Below are positions 13,699-28,013 of a stretch of DNA of 64,000 nucleotides, piece by piece. Both the position numbers and the translations under genes were made by a program. The notes beneath the pieces were generated by a model, which was given only the letters and a program-made list of their open reading frames with translations, was not told the DNA's origin and did no database searches. Source of the DNA: Octopus sinensis (Eukaryota); assembly GCF_006345805.1 (NCBI RefSeq), contig NC_043006.1, forward strand, positions 19,530,001 to 19,594,000, written 5' to 3'. Numbering within the stretch: the first letter of the stretch is position 1; each line of letters opens with the position of its first letter.

Positions 13699-14088
13699 GT
13701 GGAGGCGCAATGGCCCAGTGGTTAGGGCAGCGGACTCGCGGTCATAGGATCGCGGTTTCGATTCCCAGACCGGGCGTTGTGAGTGTTTATTGAGCGAAAA
13801 CACCTAAAGCTCCACGAGGCTCCGGCAGGGGATGGTGGTGATCCCTTCTGTACTCTTTCACCACAACTTTCTCTCACTCTTACTTCCTGTTTCTGTTGTA
13901 CCTGTATTTCAAAGGGCCGGCCTTGTCACTCTCTGTGTCACGCTGAATATCTCCGAGAACTACGTTAAGGGTACACGTGTCTGTGGAGTGCTCAGCCACT
14001 TACACGCTAATTTCACGAGCAGGCTTTTCCGTTGATTCGGATCAACCGGAACCCTCGTCGTCGTAACCGACGGAGTGCTTCCATCCAC
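13699..14088 (+). mobile_element. SINE family A
   Basis: Full copy; TSD AACTAAAATA. Confidence 0.95.
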
Positions 14089-14322
14089 AACTAAAATAAA
14101 AGTTCTATTCTGTGAAGATGTTTCAACTGAGACACTTTATTTAACTGATTTTTGATGCATTGCAGGGTGAATACTTAGTGTGTTATTACTGGTGAGTTGG
14201 ACGAGGTACCCTGTGATCGGACCATTTGCTCTCTCCATTTACGCTAATTGGGATTTTAATTCAGAATTCAAAAGGGCCAAACAGCTGTGAAAGTAAGTGG
14301 CTTAATGGTTAAGTGTTTGCAT

Positions 14323-15114
14323 AAGGCGGCGAGCTAGCAGAATCGTTAGCACGTTGGGCAAAATGCTTAGCGGTATTTCGGCTGCCGTTACGTTGTGAGT
14401 TCAAATTCCGCCGGCCGAGGTCGACTTTGCCTTTCATCCTTTCGGGGGTCGATAAATTAAGTACCAGTTAAGCACTGGGGTCGATATAATCGACTTAATA
14501 CTTATGTCTGTCCATGTTTGTCCCCTCTTTGTTTAGCCCCTTGTGGGTAATAAAGAAATAGGTATTTCGGCTGCAGTTACGTTGTGAGTTCAAATTCCGC
14601 CGAGGTCGACTTTGCCTTTCATCCTTTCGGGGTCGATAAATTAAGTACCAGTTAAGCACTGGGGTCGATGTAATCGACGACTTAATACCTATGTCTGTCC
14701 ATGTTGTCCCCTCTATGTTTAGCCCCTTGTGGGTAATAAAGAAATAGGTATTTCGGCTGCCGTTACGTTGTGAGTTCAAATTCCGCCGAGGTCGTCTTTG
14801 CCTTTCATCCTTTCGGGGTCGATAAATTAAGTACCAGTTACGCACTGGGGTCGATGTAATCGACTTAATACCTATGTCTGTCCATGTTTGTCCCCTCTAT
14901 GTTTAACCCCTTGTGGGTAATAAAGAAATAGGTATTTCGGCTGCCGTTACGTTGTGAGTTCAAATTCCGCCGAGGTCGTCTTTGCCTTTCATCCTTTCGG
15001 GGTCGATAAATTAAGTACCAGTTACGCACTGGGGTCGATGTAATCGACTTAATACCTATGTCTGTCCATGTTTGTCCCCTCTATGTTTAACCCCTTGTCG
15101 GTAATAAAGAAATA
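14323..15114 (+). mobile_element. SINE family B tetramer (one head plus four 184-189-bp units)
   Basis: Units start at 14372, 14561, 14747 and 14931. The whole array is flanked by TSD GGTTAAGTGTTTGCA (14307, 15115). Confidence 0.93.
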
Positions 15115-16909
15115 GGTTAAGTGTTTGCACTCGCGATCGGGAGATCATGGTTCCGATTCTCGGAAGATCTTGAGCAAGACACTCCATTCATTTTATGTTG
15201 CTCCAGTCCAGCCAGCTGTGAATGAATTCAGAAAATAGCAGGGAAGTTGACCCTGCAAAGGATCCGCGTCCCATTTAGGAAAGAAAATGTTACTGTCTCA
15301 GTACAACGCTTTAACAATTCCGCCTGTCTATCGCCTGGAATTGGTACTTCATTCACATCCGAAAGATGGAAACATAAAGCTGACATCGGTGGGATTTGAA
15401 CTCAGAGCGCAGAAAGCTCAAACGAATACTGCTAGGTATTTTATCCAATGCAACACAGATTCTGCCTTCATCGGAATATATTTGTATTCGAGATTATCAA
15501 AATTTCTCATCAATTCGGCCTTTATAATAAACTTCATCTTGGATGACAGTGTCCCTTCAGTAAGAAGCTTTCCATAGAAAAATCAATGTTAGAGAATTTC
15601 TGAATTTTGTGTTTTCCAAGAAAAAAAATAATACTTTTGATATGGACGGTGTGCTATCTGTACAACCAATAAAACTCTTATCTATGGATATTAGAGTGAC
15701 AGAGAGCACTCACATTATATACATATCCGTGTAATACCGTTGATTTTAACAGTAGAAAGAAATATTCGGCAATGGTGTGATCTAACGTCGACTAAGAGTT
15801 TTGACCCATGATTAGTGATAGCAGTAGAACTCCTTTGATAATCCCTTTAATAACTATGTTTTCTAGAGTTAAATCTATTCATTTCTCCTGTAACTGCAAC
15901 AAAAGATGTTTCACACAGACGTATAACAATCATACTGACTTCAAATTTTGGCACAATGCCAGTAGTTTAGGGGGAGGGACAAGTCGATTACACCGATCCC
16001 TGTACTTATTTTATTGACCCTCGAAAGGATGAAAGGCAAAGTCGACCTCGGTGGAATTTGAACTCAGAACGTAAAGACAAGAAACGCCGTTAACCATTTT
16101 TCCCGGATTGCTAAATATTCGCCAGCTTGCTGCCCTACATGTAACAACCATATTAGCCATTGAAACTAAACGGATTTTGCAACACTTATCGTGCATGTCC
16201 AGTACTTCTGTTTGCTTTCACTAAGATTTACAGCCGATATTTTATTTGTGTTATTATTTTTGTAAAGTCTCGTAACATAATTGCACTCGCAATTGTAAGG
16301 TCTTGGTTTCAATTCCCCGAGTGTTGTGTTGTGTTCTTCAGCAAAACACTTCATTTCATGTTGCTCCAATTCATTCAGCTGTAAATGAATTTCAGCAGCA
16401 CCTGGGAAGTTAATCCTGCGATGTACCAGCACCACGTTAATAGAATGGGGCTGTTGTAATCTCAATCACTTATATACCAGGGAAACCAGATTAGGTTCCG
16501 GTCTTATGTCATGACAAACCTCAACATATTATCTTTTCCTTGTTTAATCAAAGGAAGACGAGCAGCAGGCCCACATCCCTTTTTCGTGGAGTTGAGACTA
16601 GTGAAAAGAAGGGACGAAATTTTCAAACGGGAGACTTACCCTCCAAATACTTGGAACTGAGTTGATTCCGCTAAAATACGCAAATAATCTCTTTGAATCT
16701 CGTAGTTATTTTGCCAACGGAATAACAATTTTTTGATATGAACAGTACTCTGTCTGTGCTAGTAATAAAAACATGACAAAAAAAACCCCTTTCGTTCTCA
16801 AGAATATCCACTCAAAAATATTTTTTTATATCTGGTGTGTTATTGAAGCCGTCTGCAGCATAGAGTAAAATTAGTAATTTCAAATCCATGAGTGAACTAA
16901 ATGAATCTT

Positions 16910-17390
<481 letters not shown>

Positions 17391-18129
17391 TGAGATTTCT
17401 AATATCAGTTGATGCATCAAAATGTAATACCAAATTCCATTATTTTACGTTGACAGAAATATGTTTTTTTCCAATTATTCTATTTTAGCTTACTAGAAAA
17501 CAGTTGAATATTAGGTTATTTCTTGTTGAACTTCATTATCAGCTATCGGTCTAATAATTGACTTACTGACAAATATATGATTCGCCTATAACGGTGTACT
17601 TTCGCATATTATAATACCATAATTGTAATCTAATGGATAACATGCCTTTATTTGAAACTCTTAATACACTCGCCTACTCCACCAATTTCATTTTTGCTTA
17701 TAAACTTTTCTGTTCACTTTCCTTTGGAAACTAGCAAAAATGATGCTGATGATTTACCTGATAATGGATTTACAAGACAGCTAAATCGAATGTCTGAGTC
17801 GAAAAATTGAGGAAAATAGAAAACTCGACATCCGTTTTAGTTAATATATGATTAAGGGTAAAGGTATTTTCTGATTTTATTGCATTAATATAATCCTTTC
17901 GACAGAAATACACAGCCTGAAATTTTGGAAAAGGGGGCTAGTCGATTACATCTACCCCAGTACTTGAGTGGTAATTATTTTATCGGCCCCAAAATGATGT
18001 CAGGCAAAGTTCATCACGACGAAATATGAGCTCAGATGGTGAAAACCGGAATAAATACCACTAACCATTTTGTCCAGTGTGCTAACCATTCTTCCCGCTC
18101 ACCACTTTATAATGCATTGATATAATATA

Positions 18130-19450
18130 ATGAATTTATTATTTATCGTGCTCAGGTGCACCACAACTCATCAGTAAAAGTGAGGCAGAGAGCAAACATA
18201 TAAGTCAAGTAAATACAGACTACAATGAAAACTACAAATTTATGCATAGCACACAGAATAACGACGCAAAACTAGAGAAAACCGAATATTAACTGTCACA
18301 ACGAATAAATATGCATTTGCACGTCAGAAATATTGGCATATTGTGGGAATCATGAAATTTTTGAAGGATGCAGTGTTCTGACAGCTATTGTTAGCTTATC
18401 TTATGCCACCACAATTCCGAAATTAATGGATGCTATACTGGTATTAGAGCTACTGCATTCAAAAAAGTAGGTCTATATTGATGTTAGAAAAATAGGGAAT
18501 ATTCTGGCGGACTTGAACCAAGTCAACAATTAGACGTCGAAACTTTAGCGTGCAAATACCAAGAGAAGCAATACGTTGCAGATACGGTGATTGATAAAGG
18601 GTGTTTGTCTAGATGCACGTCTCTGGACAGTTTCCAGCAGATCAATATTCTGTACAAGATGGGTGGGTGGGTTCCAGATTGGAGATGCAAACTCTAAGTA
18701 AGAACATACAATATAGCTTTAAATAGCGGTTTTTGACGATTTTAGAAACGTGGTTCATTCAACGCAGATCATTCTTGACAATAATTCCTATGCTACGTTC
18801 ACCAGAAGACTTTTTAAGGTTGAGGGTAAGTATATTCCTGGTTATTTTTCCTAAATTTTATAGTGCTGCACTTGCCTACAGCCTGTTTGGGTTGTTAGTT
18901 AGCAATCCATTGCTGCATCGTTTTCGTGTCAGGTTGCAGGAAAGATCTATACCTGATAGGATTTGTTCCTTTTTATTTCAAATTATAACTGAATGTGGTC
19001 TGCGTATGTTAACATAGTAACATACTTTCAGTTGGCATATGTTTAATTAATGTAAGCAACAAATAACAGAGAACCAAGAACAGATCCCTAAAACACAGAA
19101 TATCATCGCATACAATTCATAAGGTTGTCCTAGTACCGTGACTACAACTCTTTATCGATAATGAAGGACTTCAAATAATTATGAAGATGAATCTTCACAT
19201 CTATTACGGAGAGCTTCGCCATAGATTGTTTGTGTAACACAGATTTAAAGTTTTATGGTGAAGCTGAGATTGATAACATCCACCCATGAGCAGCAATCTA
19301 ATTTTCGAGTGATGTCATCTAGAAATTCGATGAGTTTGTCACAGCAGTCGAGTTAGATATGGTTCTTGAATTTCTTCGATCATGAACTAGAAAAACTATC
19401 ACTCCAGATGATATATTTTAAGTGAGAGATCGCTCGCATGTGATTAAACC
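18130..19450 (-). mobile_element. Decayed CR1/L2-group LINE (RT C-terminal half)
   Basis: Frame-broken minus-strand translation gives LIEFLDDITRKLD...VDVI, GSVLGSLLFVAYIN, LEFASPIWNP, LLETVQRRA and TLKFRRL. Confidence 0.7.
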
Positions 19451-20279
19451 ACAAACGATCTCTTAAACTGTACATTTCTATTCATATTGCCAACATTAAT
19501 AAGAAGAAAACACATTTTTGTTATCACATTTTTTAAGTTCTCTCTTGAGCGGGTAATTCCAATATACTTTCAAGCTGCTCATTTTTATATAGAATTTAAG
19601 CAAATATATATTTTACTACAGAGATTTTATGACAAAGAAAAAATTAAATCGTGTTTTCTTATTTTGTTTATCTCCCAAATATTCTTTTTCACTCTCAGGA
19701 CATAAGTTTTGATAAGTGTTTATACGCGTGATCTTATCTTTTATATTTGAAATTTAGTGCTAACTTTCCGATTTATCATTCAGTGAAGTGACGTTAATTA
19801 TATTATTTTCAATTTTAATAAAAACTCACAGATGATTGATATTTGTCAGTTTTTATTATCTGTTGTATTAATATATCGTTTTACAAATAACAAGCATTAC
19901 TGAAATAAACAAATACGTACGAGCGTACTCTCTCAAGATTCTGAGATCATATCTTACCGAGGTCCTGTTGAATTTTGATTTCTTTCGGGTTTATAAAATA
20001 AAGAACCAGTAAAATATTTGCATCGGTTTAATAGAGTGCTTTCTTTCCCAATATCGCTTACATTGTTGCTAACTTAGCAATTACTTTTCTTTTATATAAA
20101 AAAAAAATCATAATACAGATATCTTTATACTTCGACCACAGAACCATCTTGAGTGTTGAAAACCAACACCGTGCTTAATAAACAAAAATAAAAAGGTGAG
20201 GGGATCGATAAAAATTACGAACTTCTAAATCAGAGAAGTGCTGTCAGGAGCCTTAGAATTCTTCCCTGTTCTTAGCACG

Positions 20280-22560
20280 AGGACTTAGTCCCTTTTGTGG
20301 AGTTTATATTTTTCGATGGAAATTCTCATTTGCTTTCTGCTGACTCGGCTTTTTATCCTTCCTGCTATCGAGATCTTCGTTTCTGCTGTCAAGATCTTCT
20401 TTCGCGCTACATATACCATTTTGTTTCTGTTCGTTCTAAAATGATGCTGGCGATCTCCCATGGTCCGAGGAAGACGATGTGGCGCTATCAACGTTTTTGG
20501 GCACGCATATGACTTCTGTGACCGAAATCAGACACGCAGATATTACTGCAGTTAGGGCATGAGACGCCACTTGTTAGAGTGGGATCAGTCGCTTTTCTAT
20601 GTCTCTCATAACTTACCTTGATGTGTTGCAATCACCACTCACTCGGCTTGAAGTTTGTTAACAGCTCTGGGATATCAGTAGTTTTACTCACATCGGCCTA
20701 CAGTCACGGTCCCACAGTCATATGGCTGCAGTGCGGACCACTTCAGATTCGACGTGAGGTTTCAATGTATTTCTAATTTAGGCAACCCTGGACATAAGTA
20801 CACTGCTCCATTTCCACGTGGAACTGTTGTCGCGGCATCGTAGTCTTATTCAGTGGATCACATATCCTGTTAAGCTGATTCTTAAGATCTCTTTAGTGCA
20901 TGAGGGGATTGGCTCTGTGTGGGACGAGAAGGTGAGAGACACGGTCCTGGAAGCGAATTTGCGATGAATCGTAAAGAGTAGTTGTGAAATTGCACAAGTT
21001 GTTTGATGCATCTCCACAAGTTGTTTAAGCTTACATGTCTTACAGCCAGAGTAGAGAATACTACAGTATTGAGGGTTTCAATCTGATAGACAGGCGAATA
21101 TCCTTCTACTAAAATACTCTGATGCGAAGCCCTGTACGACAGTCGCCTTCGAAATGCCTAGTTAGCTTTCTGGATTCTAACGCGATTTTGTTGTCGAATT
21201 CTCCGTTATTGGGGAAAATGCCTCCCAGATACCAGAAGCTCTCGACTTTCCGAAACTGTGGCGTCCATGCAGGGCTCTGTCGGAGTGTTATTGGTTTTCT
21301 CTTGGTTGAATTACCAAGCTAACCATGTTTTATTCTTCTGAGAGACTGTCGGCGGTTTTTTTAAGTGATGCTGTTGGTGTGCCATGGGTTCCTGATCATC
21401 ACCACCTAGGGCGTCTATGATAAGGTTCTAAAGAGTCGTCATGTGCGCTACAAGTCAATGAAAACAAATAGAGAACCTTCCAAACGGTATTTAATCTAGA
21501 TACGCATGTCTAAATTTCTAATAGACTATAATCAAAAGTGGGTTGAAAATTTCTGGTGCAAGTGCACATCCTCGCTTCATACTACTGCGTTTATTAGATA
21601 CAAGAATTTCTTGGTCTTGTCGTGGAAGGCGAGGCGAATGAGATTGGTCAACTCGGGGGAACAGCGAAGTTATTTTAGGATAATTCATAAAGCATTTAGG
21701 TTGGCTATATCAAATGCATTTGTTTAGTAAATATGATAAAGGTTCATGTTCTTTTCTACTCTAGGCACAAGGCCCGAATTTTGTGGAGGAGGGGGCCAGT
21801 CGATTAGATCGACCAAGTATGGAACTTGTGCTTAATTTATCGACCCCGAAAGGACAAAATGCAAAGTCGACCTCGAGGGAACTTGAACTCAGAACGTAAA
21901 GACAGATGAAATAACGCTAAGCATTTCGCCCAACGTGCTAACGTTTCTGCCAGCTCACCGCCTTTAAAAGTTCCTGTTCTGCTCAAGAATTTCTCTTGTA
22001 TTTACTACACATTGAAAATCATGTTCACGATACTCCATTCAGACTGGAAACTGCATTGTGATTCAGGGAGATTTGCATCAGATACTGTTGAGATGAACTT
22101 GTTAAGACTGATGTAAGCCGAGATTTTACTTGCTGTGGGAAGCAGGGAGATGCCACGTTATATGCCACAGTCTGCTCGGGAACCTTTGTTCTTACAAAGA
22201 TACTCTAACAACATCACGCATGACAAGTTGTATTGTTTCCTATTTCTTTACTTTTTTTTTTCTAATACCTATTTCTTTACTACAAGTTGTATTGTTTCCT
22301 CCTTCCGAATGCTAACTAGGACATTGTAAAATGCTTCTATCATGATCCAGAGCCTTGTATAATTCAGCAGGAAAACAATCCCTGTTGGGCACCTTGCCGC
22401 AGCTCATTTCCTTAATCAATTTTCTGACCTAGACCAAGAATGGTGGGTTGTTGAGACGCTGAAGTTTTAATACTTGGGGAATTTCATGAAGGGCTAACTG
22501 GTTGTCAATGGAGAAGTGATTCGGGAGCCGATTGGAATTACCTCTCCATCTGGAAGTGAT
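20280..22560 (-). mobile_element. Decayed RTE-clade LINE, interrupted by SINE B (21750-21965)
   Basis: Frame-broken minus-strand translation gives PAELYK, KNKGSRADCG.RGISLLPTASKI, LPESQCSF, IQEKFLEQN, NAFD, FWYLGG and RIQKAN, all typical of RTE/BovB-type RT. Confidence 0.8.
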
Positions 22561-22670
22561 GCCCTGTTTACCTTTCGGTGTACTGAGCTCTGACATTCAG
22601 CAAATAAACCATTTCGTTTCAGCTATGTTCGTTTTAAAAGCAAACCTGGTAAACGCTGTTCATTTATGCC

Positions 22671-23086
22671 TATTTCTTTATTACCCACAAGGGGCTAAAC
22701 ACAGAGGGGACAAACAAGGACAGACAAAGGGATTAAATCGATTACATCGACCCCAGTGCGTAACTGGTACTTAATTTATCGACCCCGAAAGGATGAAAGG
22801 CAAAGTCGACCTCGGCGGAATTTGAACTCACAACGTAACGCAGACGAAATACCTATTTCTTTATTACCCACAAGGGGCTAAACACAGAGGGGGGCAAACA
22901 AGGACAGACAAAGGAATTAAATCGATTACATCGACCCCAGTGTGTAACTGGTGTTTAATTTATCGACCCCGAAAGGATGAAAGGCAAAGTCGACCTCGGC
23001 GGAATTTGAACTCACAACGTAACGCAGACGAAATACCGCTAAGCATTTCGCCCGGCGTGCTAACGGTTCGGCCAGCTCACCGCCTT
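22671..23086 (-). mobile_element. SINE family B dimer
   Basis: Two units joined at GAAATACC|TATTTC (~22853). The flanks carry a ~19-bp TSD, AA(C/T)GCTGTTCATTTAT(G/A)CC. Confidence 0.9.
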
Positions 23087-25551
23087 AATGCTGTTCATTT
23101 ATACCAACACACATTGATTATTTCTTACTAATGCAAATTATCTACATCGATTCCCTCCTGATAACTGTCTGCCATGAAAACAGTTTTAACTGTTACATTA
23201 ATTCGTATTACGCTCATTTTCTCTCTTGTCCGATTAATCTTTCAAAGTAATATTTGGAAATCCACTTAATTTCCAAGGATTTTTAAAATATCAAAAACCT
23301 ATTAAATTGATTGGTATTTTGAATTACTAAAACGCATTTAATGACTTGGCGTTTACAATCTAATTTAGTAGTATCAACATTTCACATTCCAATCTATGTA
23401 TAACATTGCTTTCTTTCTTAATACATAAAAAAAGAAGAGCGTGTCACATGAACCGATTTTTGTAAGAACTAAGAAGGTTGTCAAGCTGGTTTCAATTTGC
23501 AGCGGAAAACTATTCATTTCATTTTCGACAATAAAGGCCTTACAAACTGAGTTGTACATGTAACCAGATGTTAGTCTTGCCACCTGCAAATCTATAGCGT
23601 TATGCCTTAACTGAGTAACTAATATGTTCACTCGACTCTTCTACAGCGTTTTTCGTGTTGACAGAAAAAGTGAAGTGTACAAGTACCACCAGACATCACA
23701 CGCGAACGGACACTGCTTTGTAACATGTACAATGCATTTGCTAAATGTTTTAGATGTGTGTGTGTGTGTAGTCACTAGCAGGCATAGACACTATCAGTTC
23801 TCTCATTCTTGACTATCAAGAATATCAAAAATTTGGTACCTGGGTGGAGAGAAGAGTGCATTAGAACCTGGCTTGTACTCATTTACAGCTGAGTAAATAC
23901 CAGCAACAACAAATGAAGCACCTTGTTCAAGAATGTCCCGAACCAACCATCTAGGAATTGAAACCAAGGCTTTAAGATTGTGATCCGAATGATAAGCACA
24001 CGTCACAAATTCTTTGAAATTTGATTCAGTTTTGAACATTGTTCAACACTGATTTATAGAGAGGATTCGAACTTTCAATCCCAAGGTTTATAATTTAATT
24101 TTCAGTTTTTGATCAAATTTCAGTTTATAAACTGTGTGGTTAAGAAGTTCGTTTTGTAGCAATGTGGTTTCGGTTTCAGTCCCATTGCGCGGCAGTTTGG
24201 GTAATATACATCTACTATAGCTCCGGATCGATCAATGCCAATGTGTAAGTGCATTTTTACTTGTCCCCATGCGATGTTGGTTTGCTTACTTCTCCATAGC
24301 TTATGTATTTGTTGTTTACGTACCCTCTAACGTTCAACAAAAGAGCAGTTTGAGTTAGAAAAGAAACAGACTATACAAGAAATATTGGAATCTATTCACA
24401 GGATTAAACAATTCAAAGTGGCATCCCAGCTCGGCCGCAGTCTAATGACAGAAACGAATAAATGGATTTGTATTGTCGACTCTGCTTTCAGAATAGATTT
24501 TCTAAGTCACTGGATTTCTCTATATGGTCTTCAGAAAAGTTTTCGCCTCCTCACTAAGTTACAAGCGTTTCGGAACATTAACTTGTCTAAGGACGACAAG
24601 GAAATTCAGCTTTTTTCAAAGTAGAAAATATCTGTACACGAGTCATAAATAAATAAAAAAAATTATTGCATTTTCTATATAACTGAATCATTTTGCAGAA
24701 CAAACAGTTCTGAGAAAAACCAAGAGTAATTTCAACAATCGGTTATTACAAAGAAATAGATCCATTCTGTTCTCTTAATGGTCATCATTAGTAAAGGCAA
24801 ACCACCAATACTTAACGCAATAAGCGTATATATCTCGTATCTATGAATATTAATCTAAATGTTAATGATATACGTGACAATAGAAGGCATTCAAGCAAGA
24901 TGTGTCTAGTGAAGACAATGTAAAGCTAAAACGTATTCTAGATGTTCAAACAACAGAAAAATATGAAATATACAAGCAAATCGCTTTGTTTAATGTAAAA
25001 CGTTATCTAATGACGGAACGACGAAACGGGTCGTTTTTTTGGTGTTCAACAGCCAACGGAATTCTCGACCATAACCTAACAATAGAAGTAGATTTAAAAT
25101 GTGCATAAATAGATTAGTTTAATGTGTTTGATATTGCTGAACGATTATTGTGTCGCAATCCAAAGTTATTTGATGAAGATCAAACTATAGGAATGGCCTG
25201 TGGAGAAGGAGTGTAGGTGCGGTTATGGCTAGATAATTCGGCTGTTTGATTCGCGACTGCCTGACTTTCGATTCTCATTGCTCAGCACTTCGTGTGTCTT
25301 ATTCCATAGCTTCCGAGTAACTGTTGCCTTGTGAATTGGATTTTTTTTTTTTAATTAACATTTATTTCCTGTTTTCCCTGTTATAATTGAAGACAGCACA
25401 GCCAAGGGACTTTGAATTCTTGCACAAAATGGATAACAGGACTTCTTTTCTTTAAAAAGAGAAACGAGAAAAAGAAGGAAAAGAGAATAAAAAAGATCAC
25501 ACACTACTACACAATCATTCGCCAATCACTCATAAAATTTTAATACAGTTA

Positions 25552-25858
25552 TATTGGGTTGGCAGCTAAGTTCCCGTCGTTTGTTTTTTTTTTTCAATTT
25601 AAATTTTATTAAAAGGTTTAATCAAAAGAAGATAACTAATTAATCAATAATGTATTCACCTTTGTTCTTTACTTCTTCCCAACGTTCAACAAGATTTTCA
25701 AAACCTCGTTGGTAGAAATCATCCGATTTCGACTCAAAAAATTGATCCAACCAAGCTGTCAGTTCTGCATCAGTATTGAACGAAACTCCGCACATAGCAT
25801 TTGAAAGAGATCGAAAGAGGTGGAAATCCGTTGGTGTTAAATCAGGAGAGCACGGCAG
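25552..25858 (-). mobile_element. Mariner (DD34D-type) transposon 3' fragment with TIR
   Basis: SPDLTPTDFHLFRSLSN...FYQRGFENLVERWEEV..KGEYIID* followed by a TIR reading TATTGGGTTGGCAGCTAAG on the plus strand. Confidence 0.9.
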
Positions 25859-25859
25859 A

Positions 25860-26050
25860 TTCCCCCCCACCACCAACATCGCTTGACAACCGATGCTGGT
25901 GTGTTTACGTCCCTGTAACTTAGCGGTTCGGCAAATGAGACCGATAGAATAAGTACTAGGCTTACAAACAATAAGTCCTGGGGTCGATTTGCTCGACTAA
26001 AGTCGGTGCTCCAGCATGGACACAGTCTGAAACAAGTAAATGAGTAAAAG
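25860..26050 (+). mobile_element. SINE family C, 3' half
   Basis: GCTTGACAACCGATGCTGG...GTGCTCCAGCATGG...GAAACAAGTAAA. Confidence 0.85.
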
Positions 26051-26225
26051 AATATAGTTGAAATTTACAGAAAAACAAAAGACGGAGACAGATGACACAC
26101 AGACAGATGTATGAATAGCAAACAGGTGTATCAGGTTGATGCTCGGGAAAGTGAGAAAGTCTTTCACGTTCCGAGCTTACGCTTTTCAACAGAAAGGAAT
26201 AAGAGAAAAAAGCGGAGAAAGCATA
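26050..26225 (-). mobile_element. Penelope-like pLTR fragment with decayed minimal hammerhead (26161-26196)
   Basis: Homologous to 46260-46430; the minus strand reads CTTT-CTGTTGA-A-AAGC gtaa GCTC-GGAAC-GTG-AAAG. Confidence 0.55.
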
Positions 26226-26676
26226 ACACACACACACACACACAACATAAATATATATATGCACACACACATATATATATACACATACACACACACATAT
26301 ATATATATATATAAACATACACACACACATATATATATATACACGCATATATATATACACACACATATATATACATATATACACACACACACATATATAC
26401 ATATATACACACACACATATATATATGCACATACATACATACACACACACACACACATATATATATACACACACATATATATACATATATACACACACAC
26501 ACATATATGCACATACATATATACACACACACACACATATATATATACACACACATATATACACACACACACATATATATATACACACACACACACATAT
26601 ATATGCACATACATATATACACACACACACACATATATATATACACATACATATATACACATACACATATATATAT

Positions 26677-26707
<31 letters not shown>

Positions 26708-26719
26708 CACACACACATA

Positions 26720-26760
<41 letters not shown>
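26226..26760. repeat. (CA/TA)n microsatellite
   Basis: Direct inspection. Confidence 0.96.
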
Positions 26761-27189
26761 GTTGATGTATAATCAGCAAGTATACATTCGCGAGAAAACG
26801 GCACTTTTACAATAACGTCCTACAAGAATTGTCATAACTATTTCAATTTTATGAATGATTGGCGAGTGAATGTATCGTAGTATGTAGTCTTTTTTTTATT
26901 ACTCGCTCTTTCTTCTTTTTCTTGCTTCTCTTTTTTTAATAAGAAAAATGTCCTATTTTCCATTTACTTTTATACAAGATTTCACAGTCCCCTGGCTCTG
27001 CTGTCTTCAATTATAATAGGGAAAACAGGAAATAAAAATTGTTAATTAACAAAGAAAAAAGAATAAAGTCCTCTGCAATATATTTTTCTCCGCCGAGATA
27101 CAGATTCCCGCTTGCAGAAATGCCGTAAACCAATGTTTGCTTCGTTGGAAACAAGTAACCAATGACTCCATTGTATTACAGGCCGCAAT

Positions 27190-27734
27190 ATTCTTTTCAA
27201 CTCTAGGCACAAAGCCTGAAATTTGTGAAGAGGCGGCCAGTCGATTAGATCAAGCCGAGTACGCAACTGGTACTTAATTTATCGATCCCGAAAGGATGAA
27301 AGGCAAAGTCGACCTCGGCGGAATTTGAACTCAGAACTTAAGGACAGACGAAATGCTGCTGAGCATTTTGACCGGCGTGCCAACGATTCTGCCAGCTCAC
27401 CGCCTTAAAAATTCTTTTCTACTCTAGGCACATGGCCCGAAATTTGCGAGGAGGGGGACAGTCGATTAGATCGACCTCAGTACGCAACTGGTACTCAATT
27501 TATCGATCCCGAAAGGATGAAAGGCAAAATCGACTTCGGCTAAATTTGAACTCAGAACGTAGCAGCAGAAATTGAAGAAAAAAACAACAAATATCTTACA
27601 GACTATAGAATTTTCTCAATAAAGCCAAGAGAAAAAGATGTTTTATAAACACATTCTACCAATATACGAAGTTTAAAAGTGTTTAGTTACGTGGAAATTA
27701 TTTTAAAAAACTGTCGTTCAAACCGAAAAGATCC
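27190..27734 (-). mobile_element. Two SINE B copies abutting a truncated GGATC-MITE end (27567-27734)
   Basis: SINE B domains, followed by the TIR ...CGTTCAAACCGAAAAGATCC. Confidence 0.8.
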
Positions 27735-28013
27735 AAGATTCGACCTTCAAATTAAATATCTATGTCAATAGAGTAAAAAACAACTGAGAGGTGGATGATA
27801 TGTACCCTTATCTCATCGCAGGGTATCTCTAAGCCGTTCTGCTCTCAGATACTCACTCTACTTAATTCAAAGTAAGTACAACTAGCTTATGTTACGCTAT
27901 TATAAGCAGCAAGAGCACTGCAAATTGGTGAGAATTTTAGTAACTAATTATTCAAAGTTTAACCCGCTATCTTTGTCCCTCAAAAAAGAAAACTCTCTTT
28001 TTAAAGAAAATAA

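Noticed and set aside
14372-15114. CRISPR-like array
   Set aside because: Units are whole ~185-bp SINE bodies with no unique spacers; eukaryotic context and no cas genes.
23803-24039. THAP9/P-element-like ORF (DILEQGASFVVAG)
   Set aside because: Similarity is too short, and the adjacent part is a SINE-like fragment (ACTCAGCTGTAAATGAGTAC).
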